From Octopus sinensis (taxonomy: Eukaryota), in contig NC_043015.1 in assembly GCF_006345805.1 (NCBI RefSeq), forward strand, positions 38,192,001 to 38,256,000: a stretch of 64,000 nucleotides of DNA, given 5' to 3'. Below, one piece after another: positions 52,801 to 63,583 of this stretch (its first letter is position 1; each line of letters starts with the position of its first letter). The position numbers and the translations under genes were made by a program. The notes under the pieces are model-generated. The model saw only the letters and a list, made by a program, of their open reading frames with translations. It made no database searches and had not been told where the DNA came from.

Positions 52801-55800
52801 CTTCTGCCAAATTCAAAACTTTTCTAAGCTCTTCAACTTTTGTAGTTCTTAGTTCCTGAAAATTCCTTGTCTTCTACACTTCTGCCAAATTCAAAACTTT
52901 TCTAAAGCTCTTCAACTTTTGTAGTTCTTATTCCTGAAAATTCCTTGGTCTTCTACACTTCTGCCAAATTCAAAACTTTTCTAAAGCTCTTCAACTTTTG
53001 TAGTTCTTATTTCCTGAAAATTCCTTGGTCTTCTACACTTCTGCCAAATTCAAAACTTTTCTAAAGCTCTTCAACTTTGTAGTTCTTATTTCCTGAAAAT
53101 TCCTTGGTCTTCTACACTTCTGCCAAATTCAAAACTTTTCTAAAGCTCTTCAACTTTTGTAGTTTTATTTCCTGAAAATTCTTGGTCTTCTACACTTCTG
53201 CCAAATTCAAAACTTTTCTAAAGCTCTTCAACTTTTGTAGTTCTTATTCCTGAAAATTCCTGGTCTTCTACACTTCTGCCAAATTCAAAACTTTTCTAAA
53301 GCTCTTCAACTTTTGTAGTTCTTATTTCCTGAAAATCCTTGGTCTTCTACACTTCTGCCAAATTCAAAACTTTTCTAAAGCTCTTCACTTTTTGTAGTTC
53401 TTATTTCCTGAAAATTCCTTGGTCTTCTACACTTCTGCCAAATTCAAAACTTTTCTAAAGCTCTTCAACTTTGTAGTTCTTATTCCTGAAAATTCCTTGG
53501 TCTTCTACACTTCTGCCAAATTCAAAACTTTTCTAAAGCTCTCAACTTTTGTAGTTCTTATTTCCTGAAAATTCCTTGGTCTTCTACACTTCTGCCAAAT
53601 TCAAAACTTTTCTAAAGCTCTTCAACTTTGTAGTTCTTATTTCCTGAAAATTCCTTGGTCTTCTACACTTCTGCCAAATTCAAAACTTTTCTAAAGCTCT
53701 TCAACTTTGTAGTTCTTAGTTCCTGAAAATTCCTTGGTCTTCTACACTTCTGCCAAATTCAAAACTTTTCTAAAGCTCTTCAACTTTTGTAGTTCTTATT
53801 TCCTGAAAATTCCTTGGTCTTCTACACTTCTGCCAAATTCAAAACTTTTCTAAAGCTCTTCAACTTTTGTAGTTCTATTTCCTGAAAATTCCTTGGTCTT
53901 CTACACTTCTGCCAAATTCAAAACTTTTCTAAAGCTCTTCAACTTTTGTAGTTCTTATTTCCTGAAAATTCCTTGGTCTTCTACACTTCTGCCAAATTCA
54001 AAACTTTTCTAAAGCTCTTCAACTTTTGTAGTTCTTATTTCCTGAAAATTCCTTGGTCTTCTACACTTCTGCCAAATTCAAAACTTTTCTAAAGCTCTTC
54101 AACTTTTGTAGTTCTAGTTCCTGAAAATTCCTTGGTCTTCTACACTTCTGCCAATTCAAAACTTTTCTAAAGCTCTTCAACTTTTGTAGTTCTTATTTCC
54201 TGAAAATTCCTTGGTCTTCTACACTTCTGCCAAATTCAAAACAAGCCTGCTTCCTAAAACGTCTTTTCTAAAGCTCTCAACTTTTGTAGTTTTAGTTCCT
54301 GAAAATTCTTGGTCTTCTACACTTCGCCAAATTCAAAACTTTTCTAAAGCTCTTCAACTTTGTAGTCTTATTTCCTGAAAATTCTTGGTCTTCTACACTT
54401 CTGCCAAATTCAAAACTTTTCTAAAGCTCTTCAACTTTGTAGTTCTTATTTCCTGAAATTCCTTGGTCTTCTACTTTCTGCCAAATTCAAAACTTTTTCT
54501 AAAGCTCTTCAATTTTGTAGTTCTTATTTCCTGAAAATTCCTTGGTCTTCTACACTTCTGCCAAATTCAAACTTTTCTAAAGCTCTTCAATTTTGTAGTT
54601 CTTATTTCCTGAAAATTCCTTGGTCTTCTACACTTCTGCCAAATTCAAAACTTTTCTAAAGCTCTTCAACTTTTGTAGTTCTTATTTCCTGAAAATTCCT
54701 TGGTCTTCTACACTTCTGCCAAATTCAAAACTTTTCTAAAGCTCTTCAACTTTGTAGTTCTTATTTCCTGAAAATTCCTTGGTCTTCTACACTTCTGCCA
54801 AATTCAAAACTTTTCTAAAGCTCTTCAATTTTGTAGTTCTTATTCCTGAAAATTCCTTGGTCTTCTACACTTCTGCCAAATTCAAAACTTTTCTAAAGCT
54901 CTTCAACTTTTGTAGTTCTTATTTCCTGAAAATTCCTTGGTCTTCTACATTCTGCCAAATTCAAAACTTTTCTAAAGCTCTTCAACTTTTGTAGTTCTTA
55001 TTTCCTGAAAATTCCTTGGTGTCTCTACTTCTGCCAAATTCAAAACTTTTCTAAAGCTCTTCAACTTTTGTAGTTCTTATTTCCTGAAAATTCCTTGGTC
55101 TTCTACACTTCTGCCAAATTCAAAACTTTTCTAAAGCTCTTCAACTTTTGTAGTTCTTAGTTCCTGAAAATTCCTTGGTCTTCTACACTTCTGCCAAATT
55201 CAAAACTTTTCTAAAGCTCTTCAACTTTTGTAGTTCTTATTTCCTGAAAATTCCTTGGTCTTCTACACTTCTGCCAAATTCAAAACTTTTCTAAAGCTCT
55301 TCAACTTTTGTAGTTCTTATTTCCTGAAAATTCCTTGGTCTTCTACACTTCTGCCAAATTCAAAACTTTTTCTAAAGCTCTTCAACTTTTGTAGTTTATT
55401 TCCTGAAATTCCTTGGTCTTCTACACTTCTGCCAAATTCAAAACTTTTCTAAAGCTCTTCAACTTTTGTAGTTCTTATTTCCTGAAAATTCCTTGGTCTT
55501 CTACACTTCTGCCAAATTCAAAACTTTCTAAAGCTCTTCAACTTTTGTAGTTCTTATTTCCTGAAAATTCCTTGGTCTTCTACACTTCTGCCAAATTCAA
55601 ACTTTTCTAAAGCTCTTCAACTTTTGTAGTTCTTATTCCTGAAAATCCTTGGTCTTCTACACTTCTGCCAAATTAAAACTTTTTCTAAAGCTCTTCAACT
55701 TTTGTAGTTCTTATTTCCTGAAAATTCCTTGGTCTTCTACACTTCGCCAAATTCAAAAACTTCTAAAGCTCTTCAACTTTGGAGTTCTATTTCCTGAAAA

Positions 55801-56006
55801 TTCCTTGGTCTTCTACACTTCTGCCAATTCAAAACTTTTCTAAAGCTCTTCAACTTTTGTAGTTCTTATTTCCTGGAAATTCCTGGTCTTCTACACTTCT
55901 GCCAAATTCAAAACTTTTCTAAAGCTCTTCAACTTTGTAGTTCTTATCCTGAAAAATTCCTTGTATTCCCTACACTTCGGCCAAATTCAAAACTTTGCCA
56001 ATTCAA
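46817..56006. repeat. ~9.2-kb tandem array of an 80-bp unit (~115 copies)
   Basis: Consensus gccaaattcaaaacttttctaaagctcttcaacttttgtagttcttatttcctgaaaattccttggtcttctacacttct. Variants are mostly homopolymer indels (likely read errors) plus recurrent ttatttcc/ttagttcc and gaaaatt/ggaaatt substitutions. Confidence 0.99.
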
Positions 56007-56136
56007 TTTATGTTAGGCTCCTACAACCCCTATCTGTGTGTGTGGTGGAGGGAGGTGCAAACTCAACACTTCTCTCATATTCTTCAACCCTTAAAACTCC
56101 TAGGTCCCTGCTAGACCCAGCATTCATAGTTCTAAT

Positions 56137-56226
56137 TCATCCTTCATCTCCTTGATCCTTGTCAGATCCAGTGCTTTCCGGGTCTTCAACATCTTCAAAG
56201 TAATCCAAATGTTGGTGCTTAAAAAC
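56137..56226 (-). CDS. Candidate terminal coding exon of an unidentified minus-strand gene (VFKHQHLDYFEDVEDPESTGSDKDQGDEG*)
   Basis: Strong acceptor tttaatttgttttatttttgttatattccag|GTT and an acidic C-terminus-like peptide. An alternative frame (FLSTNIWITLKMLKTRKALDLTRIKEMKDELEL*, stop 56126-56124) is also open. AATAAA lies on the minus strand at 46569-46564 beyond the satellite. No homolog recognised. Confidence 0.5.
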   Translation of the reverse strand, partial: VFKHQHLDYFEDVEDPESTGSDKDQGDEG

Positions 56227-56394
56227 CTGGAATATAACAAAAATAAAACAAATTAAAGAGATTTCTGCCCAAGAAAATTTTTATGGATCAGGAATTTAGA
56301 AATATTGGTAAAATACAATGCCACAGAGGAAATGAATAAAGTGATGGGATGTTTCTGATAGCTCACTGCTTTTACTCCAAATAATAATAATAAT

Positions 56395-56545
56395 CCTTTC
56401 TACCATAGGCACAAGGCCTGAAATTTTGGAGGAGGGGTTAAGTTGATTACATCAACCCCAGTACTTGACTGGTACTTATTTTATCGACCCTGAAAGGATG
56501 AAAAGCAAAGTCGACCATGGCAGAATTTGAACTCAGAATGTAAAG
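56395..56545 (-). mobile_element. SINE family A (CpG-decayed)
   Basis: ggcacaaggcctgaaatttt...ggatgaaaagcaaagtcgaccatggcagaatttgaactcagaatg; another copy at 56930-57090. Confidence 0.82.
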
Positions 56546-56892
56546 ACATGAAATGTCACTAAGGATCAATGCGAAAGAAGAAGAAAAAATAAACAACTAT
56601 GGGGAAATGCAAAAGTTGTGGTCAAAGACGGGAGTAGACACGATACCAATGGAAATTGGTGCACTTGGACACATCAGCACTCATCTACTAACATGGCTGA
56701 AAAAGATCAGTGCAAGTGTGAAAGTAGAACACCTACAAAAAAATCAGCATTGCTTGGAACTGCAAGAATTCTTCACAGGGTTCTTGAAGCATGACCAGTA
56801 ACACAAGTATCACTTTAGTCTGCTGGCTGTGGACAGCCGACACTTTCCATCATACCAGAAAAATAAGCTGTGAGGTTTCATCATGTAATAAC

Positions 56893-56930
<38 letters not shown>
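56545..56930 (+). mobile_element. 3' end of R4/Dong-like RLE LINE with (AAT)n tail
   Basis: RINAKEEEKINNYGEMQKLWSKTGVDTIPMEIGALGHIS...VEHLQK and, after a frameshift, ALLGTARILHRVLEA*, followed by (AAT)n at ~56886-56930. Confidence 0.85.
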
Positions 56931-56932
<2 letters not shown>

Positions 56933-57094
56933 CTTTCAAATATTGGCACAAGGCCAGCAAGTTCAGGGGAGAAGGTAAGTCAATTACATCGACCTCAGTA
57001 TTCAGCTGGTATTCATTTTATCAACCCTGAAAGAATGAGAAGTAAAGATGGACGAAATACAACTGGCATGCTAAAAATTCTGCCAAAATAAGAC

Positions 57095-57300
57095 AAAGTT
57101 ATTAACCATCTCTTCAGTGAATACAGTAAGCTAGCACAAAAAGAGTATAAGTGCAAGCATGACTGTTGGGAAATGTACGATAGGAATGTTAGCCAGGTGT
57201 GTGGATTCGAAGTGAGAGAAAACTTGTATGGAGGTGAGCCAGAGGCTGTGATGGAGAGGAATTACAGGATTTTAGGGGTTTTTCCAATCCATAAAATCTG
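57095..57300 (+). mobile_element. RLE-LINE zinc-knuckle-region fragment
   Basis: VINHLFSEYSKLAQKEYKCKHD resembles T..HI.S.C..LAQKEYK.RHD of R4-like elements. Confidence 0.6.
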
Positions 57301-57979
57301 CCTCAATAAAATACATCCGATTCATGCAAGCATGAAAATCCTAATGATGATGATGGTGATGATGATACAATCCACACTGCAGTGAGTTTACTCAAATTTC
57401 TAAAGAGATACAAACTCTTGGAGACTGTTTTGCCTTTCCACTCCCCAACTCAATACTATTCACATGCCTGAGGTAAGTAGTAGTAGTAGTAGTGTAGTAG
57501 TAGTAGTAGTAATAGTAGTAGTAGTTGCAGCAGCAGCTGTAGTAGTAGTAGCAGTAATAGTAATAGTAGCAACAGTAATCATGGTGGTAGTAGTAGTAGT
57601 TGGTGTAGTAGTAGTCCATTCTCCAGCAACATACTCCTCCTTCTCCTGACCACCACTCCTCCTATTCCCAACTCATACCCACTTTCCAACTACCACCACC
57701 ACCACCTTTACCTATAAATCATTTCTCCACCATGTTCCTCTCTATAACCTTTCTCTCCCTCCCTCTCTCTCTCTCTCTCCTCCCCTTGTCACCCATCCAT
57801 CCCCCCTCCCAACCTATACACATTCTCCATCCACCTCTTCTTCCTCCCCTCCTACCTCAAAGACGCCGCCTACCACCACCACCACCCTCTCCGACTCCTG
57901 ACATTTCAAGATAACAGTTTTCAAGTGAAATGTTCAGGTTTCTAATATAACTAAACACCAAGTAAATACCTGGGATGAT

Positions 57980-58290
57980 AGCACCACCACCACCACCACT
58001 ACCACCACCACCACCACCACCACTACCACCACCACCACCACCACCACCACCACCACCACTATCACCACTACCACCACCACCACCATCACCATCCGACAAC
58101 GACCACCACCACAACCACCAACACCACCATCACCACCACCACTACCATCACCATCACGACAACGACCACCACCACAACCACCACTACCACCTCCACCATG
58201 ACCACCACCACTACCACCACAATCACTATGACAACGACTACCACCACCGCAACCACCACCATCACCACCACTAAGATAACAACAACAACT
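57980..58290. repeat. (CAC)n/(CAA)n compound microsatellite
   Basis: Direct inspection. Confidence 0.95.
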
Positions 58291-58489
58291 GTACTACTGA
58301 CTGGTCCTATGAAACTCTATAGGCTGGGGTTTGCTCGTTGCAGTGGAGCAAGAGGGTTACTATTACACCTCTCTCTCTCTCTCTTTTTCTTTATACGTGT
58401 GTCTGTGGGGGGGTGCGCACGTAAGCATGTATGTGTGTATACATTTGTCTATCTCTCTCTCTATCTATCTATCTCTCTCTCTCTCAGTA

Positions 58490-59677
58490 TATAAATATAT
58501 ATATCTGTAAATATAATATGCGACAATTATTTGGTAACCATGATAAAACTCTGTGTTTCGGATGTCGGGGCAGAAACCCACACCGGCATCTCATCAATTA
58601 TCAGGCCTTCTGCCCCCCCACTCCGACATCCGAAACTCAGAGCTTTATCATGGCTACCAAATAATTGTCACATATTATATTTACAGATAAATTCCTCTAT
58701 TTACATAATATCGGGGGAGGGGGTCCTTTTCATTCTTTTGTTATCTTACCGTTTTTACCAATATATATATATATATATTTACAGGGTGCAATGGGTAAAT
58801 TGTTGCCATTTTATATTTTTCATTTCATGCATGTGTATTGTTTGTTTTTGATTTTGTTGACTACACAGTATAGTAGGATCAGCTGGGCACCATCCATAAG
58901 AAAAACAGCACCATGACGCAATTCACTCTAATCGTTCTGATAAGAAAAGAACTCCTGAAGAGCTCCAGTATATACACACACACACACATATATATATACA
59001 TATACATATATACAACGGGCTTCTTTCAGTTTCCGTCTACCAAATCCACTCACAAGGCTTTGGTTGGCCCAAGGCTATAGTAGAAGACACTTGTCCAAGG
59101 TGCCATGCAGTGGGAATGAACCCAGAACTATGTGGTTGGTAAGCAAGCTACTTACCACACAGCCACTCCGACACCTATATATATATATATATAATATATA
59201 TATCTGTAAATATAATATGCGACAATTATTTGGTAACCATGATAAAACTCTGTGTTTCGGATGTCGGGGCAGAAACCCACACCGGCATCTCATCAATTAT
59301 CAGGCCTTCTGCCCCCCCACTCCGACATCCGAAACTCAGAGCTTTATCATGGCTACCAAATAATTGTCACATATTATATTTACAGATAAATTCCTCTATT
59401 TACATAATATTGGGGGGGGGGTCCTTTTCATTCTTTTGTTATCTTACCGTTTTTACCAATATATATATATATATTTACAGGGTGCAATGGGTAAATTGTT
59501 GCCATTTTATATTTTTCATTTCATGCATGTGTATTGTTTGTTTTTGATTTTGTTGACTACACAGTATAGTAGGGTCAGTTGAGCACCATCTGTAAGAAAA
59601 ACAGCACCATGACGCAATTCACTCTAATCGTTCTGATAAGAAAAGAACTCCTGAAGAGCTCCAGTATATATATATAT

Positions 59678-59710
<33 letters not shown>

Positions 59711-59871
59711 CAACGGGCTTCTTTCAGTTTCCGTCTACCAAATCCACTCACAAGGCTTTGGTTGGCCCAAGGCTATAGTAGAAGACACTTGTCTAAGGTG
59801 CCATGCAGTGGGAATGAACCCAGAACTATGTGGTTGGTAAGCAAGCTACTTACCACACAGCCACTCCGACA

Positions 59872-59890
<19 letters not shown>
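58490..59890. repeat. Tandem duplication of a ~700-bp segment
   Basis: 58502 aligns with 59201 (offset 699). Each unit has a foldback MITE, a mariner-like 5' end (tacagggtgcaatggg...) and a family B SINE head, bounded by (AT)n. A few substitutions distinguish the copies. Confidence 0.95.
58504..58687. mobile_element. Foldback MITE with ~66-bp inverted arms and TA flanks (second copy ~59203-59387)
   Basis: tctgtaaatataatatgcgacaattatttggtaaccatgataaaactctgtgtttcggatgtcgg versus ccgacatccgaaactcagagctttatcatggctaccaaataattgtcacatattatatttacaga. Confidence 0.8.
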
Positions 59891-59910
<20 letters not shown>

Positions 59911-59999
59911 GGCGGTGCCCCAGCATGGCCACAGCTCATGAGCTGAAACTGGAAAAATCAAAAAAAAAATTTTTTTAAATCGTATATATACACACACAC

Positions 60000-60346
60000 C
60001 CCTGGCTTTCGTTGACCTAGTGAAGGCCTTTAATTGGTGCCATACTCTGTAATCTGCTGGTTACCAAGGAAACAAGGTGTAGTCAAATGCCTTGCAAGGG
60101 CTACACAAGCTGTTGTATCAAAGTGTAGTGAGTAAAAATCAGGTCAACAATCAGCTTGGTGATGAACTGAAGGGCAAAGGGCTCAGATGACAGTCCTTAT
60201 CATAATCCTACAAGCCACCATGGAAGGGGTTCAGACTGGCCAAACAGTGGGCACTTCTGCATGCTGATCATGCACTTCTTACAACTGAATCTATGGTCTC
60301 TGTCTGTCTGTCAGTCAGTCTACCTCTACCTCTCTCTCTCTGAGTA

Positions 60347-60383
<37 letters not shown>

Positions 60384-61130
60384 GTGTGTGTATACATATA
60401 TAGTGAGAATATACAAAAAACAAAAGACAAAGACAGGTGTGTAAACAACAAACAGATGTATTAGTTTGACGCTCGGGAAGTGAGAAAGTCTTTTACGTTT
60501 CGAGCCTATGCTCTTCGACAGGAAGGAACACAGAAATAAACAGGGAGAGAAAATAGAAAAATGTTACATGGCTAGCAATCGATCATGGCGAATATGTGTT
60601 AATTCCAGGCTGAAGTCAAGATGAAGAAGACAAAGGTGTTCGGGTGTTACGCAAGAAGAGAAGACCCTGATATCATCAAGGAAATGGCCTTGCTCACTTT
60701 GCAGACAATAAGTAGATATAAACTCCATATGTTGTACCTTGTATAAGCTACAGCAGCTCAAGAGGTGAAGTAGACTCACAGACAGACTTACATTGAAGGC
60801 AAGTTTTGTGTGCATGACAGATGTAGTGGAGCAATATACACGAAAAGCACAATGCAAAGAGACTCTCTTAAATGCATACATTTGGCTCCCCTGGAGTAGT
60901 AATTAGCATCTGTTATTTAAATGACATAATTAATAGAGGAGGCAGTTGTTGAGAAAGTAAAGTGGCAAGGGTCAGAACGGGTCGGAGAAAGTCCCAAGAG
61001 CCAATTGGTTTTAGAGGCAACAAAAGTTTTTTTTGCCTCCAGAGTGAAAGGCAGATTGTACGATGCTTGTGTTGGAGCTGTGATGCTGCAGAGTAGTGAG
61101 GTGTGGGCTTTGAATACAGAAGATTTTTGT
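60000..61130 (+). mobile_element. Degenerate RTE-clade LINE ORF2 fragments
   Basis: LAFVDLVKAFN (60002), ILQATMEG..TG, RKWPCSLCR...NSICCTLYKL (~60680), and RVKGRLYDACVGAVMLQSSEVWALN (~61040-61120). The region is interrupted by microsatellites and a PLE-like piece. Confidence 0.85.
60420..60560 (-). mobile_element. PLE-terminal-like fragment with hammerhead-like variant
   Basis: Minus strand 60530-60487: cttc-ctgtcga-a-gagc-atag-gctc-gaaac-gta-aaag. Confidence 0.45.
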
Positions 61131-61519
61131 GACTATGCCTTCCACCCCCAACTCCCCCACCACACACACACAGTCTATCCTCTATCAAAACACCCCCTAC
61201 AATACATCTCCCACCCCCATCCCTCCACCCATGTTCATCATTCCACTTTATCTTGCAACCTACTCCGCAAACCCAGCTGGTGCTAGCAGTGCTAGTGGTA
61301 CCTAAAAAGCACCTGACCCTAACCCCACCTTAAAAGCACCTGTGCTCCTCACTGGTACCCCATAAAAACACCTGGTGCACTCTGTAAATTGGTTGGCATC
61401 AAGGAGACCAAGCCATAGAGACCTTGCCAAAACAGACAAGTGGAGCCTGGTGTGGCTCCTGTTGAATCATCCAACCCATGACAGCAAGGAAAACGGACAT
61501 GAAATGATGATAATGATTC

Positions 61520-61800
61520 AAAGTCCAAGGATCTCCGTACCATGCAGCATCACACTTTGTACACAAGTATCATGCAATCTTCCCTTCACACTGAGAGAAA
61601 ACCCAACTTTTAATTGGCAGAAGAGATAACAACCTACTGAAATCTCTCCCTTATCTCCCCCCCCCCAACACCCAACACACTCTTTTCTTAGTCTGGCTAC
61701 TGCGCTTTCTGTACACCCTCCCTCCCCCCCCCACCAACATGCCCACTGCTAATTAATTCACATAAATCACCTAGGTAACAAAAGCTATCAACTATAAATA
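61520..61800 (-). mobile_element. RTE-clade LINE fragment
   Basis: [11 protein letters not shown]...SG and KGRLHDTCVQSVMLHG on the minus strand. Confidence 0.8.
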
Positions 61801-61841
61801 TATATACATACATACATATATATATATGTATATATATATAC

Positions 61842-61886
<45 letters not shown>

Positions 61887-61971
61887 TGTGTGTGTGTATA
61901 TATATATATACATAAATACATACAAACATACATACATACATATATGTATATACATATGTATGTATATATAC

Positions 61972-62050
<79 letters not shown>

Positions 62051-62202
62051 GGATATATATGTGTGTGTGTGTTTGTACGTATATATATGCATATACAAAC
62101 AGAAATCCACATGTGTGTGTGTGTGTGCATGTGCATGGGTGTGAGACTGTATCATCTCTTAGTTTTATTGTCCCTCTCCTAACCATACACACACTCTCTC
62201 TC

Positions 62203-62244
<42 letters not shown>

Positions 62245-62609
62245 ATGAGGTTTACATTAACTTTTCAGAGCTAACATTTGTTTACTTATTATTATTATTA
62301 CTATTATTATTATTATCATTATTATTATTATTATTATCATTATTATTCAGTCACATCCCGTTTCCACACTTGTGTGTATTTAGTATTGTATTACATTCTA
62401 ATATTCTATCACTACAGTCGATGGGCCTGAATGGTAGTGAGAACGATGGTAGCAGCGGCGGCGGTGACGGTGGTGGTGGCAGTTTAGGAGGAAGTCATCA
62501 TTATCACCATCATTACCACCACCACCACCACCACCACCATTCCCATCATCAGTCATCATCTTCATTACTATCATCATAGCTAATTTCCCCATCATCCTTT
62601 AACTATTGC

Positions 62610-62658
<49 letters not shown>

Positions 62659-62899
62659 GTATAGGTTTCCTCATTTAGGTGTGGTGATGATACAGAAATG
62701 TCAAAGTAACAGACATGATACACAGCAAGCAGCATCCAGCTGCATTCCTGGCCGTTCTCAGTTCAAACCTGGCAACCCTTTCTAGATAGGAATTGGGGGA
62801 TCACTACAGTTGATACCCATCCCCTACCCCTGCAACATAGAATCTGTGGCCATGTACCCATCTTGAAAACCATCACCATCATCATCATCATTATTACTG

Positions 62900-63539
62900 T
62901 TATGATGGCAAACAGGTAGAACTTAGCAAATCAGACAAAATGGTTCGTTAACATTTCTTCTGGCTTCACACTCTGAGTTCAAACTCTACAGAGTTCAACT
63001 TTGCCTCTCATCCCTTTCGGGGTCAGTCAGATAAGAAGCAGTTAAGGCAGTGAGTAGGCAGAAACGTTTGCATGCCGGGCAAAATGCTTAGCGGTATTTC
63101 GTCTGTCATTATGTTCTGAGTTCAAATTCCGTAGAGGTAGACTTTGCCTTTCATCCTTCAGGATTGATAAATTAAATACCAGTGAAGCACTGGGGTTGAT
63201 CTAATCGACTGGCCCCCTCCCCACAAACTTCAGGCCTTTGCTTTTAGTAAAAAGTATTATTATTATTATTTTTTTATGTTTGACTTTTGCTTTGTATTTG
63301 TACAAGTTGGCTTCAAGTCTCACCCAGAGACCTCAAGACACAACAATTTCAGGTCTTGTGCCTTTAGTAGAAAGGATTATTACCATTATCTCTAAGGCTG
63401 AGAGATGGCAGAATCTTTAGCATGCACGCCAAAATGCTTAGCGTTTCAGGGTCAATAAATTAAGTACCAGTTATGCACTGGGGTCAATGTAATTGACTTA
63501 ACTCCTCCCCTCAAAATTTCAGGCTATTTAGTAGAAAGG

Positions 63540-63545
<6 letters not shown>
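62900..63545 (+). mobile_element. Cluster of family A SINEs (CpG-decayed)
   Basis: Core ttgcct(c/t)tcatcc repeated at ~63000 and ~63145; tails at ~63230, ~63355 and ~63520. Confidence 0.8.

Positions 63546-63583
<38 letters not shown>

Noticed and set aside
54241-54266. Unique ~25-bp insert within the satellite
   Set aside because: It is a single occurrence amid many indel errors; most likely unpolished long-read noise.
46817-56006. 80-bp array as a CRISPR array or as a coding repeat (ORFs MVFYTSAKFKTFLKLF...)
   Set aside because: There are no unique spacers, no cas genes, and the context is eukaryotic. The period of 80 is not a multiple of 3 and stops recur in every reading path.
57384-57473. 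Plus-strand exon ending in a strong GAG|GTAAGT donor
   Set aside because: No polypyrimidine tract at the acceptor, opposite strand to the inferred host gene, and no homology.
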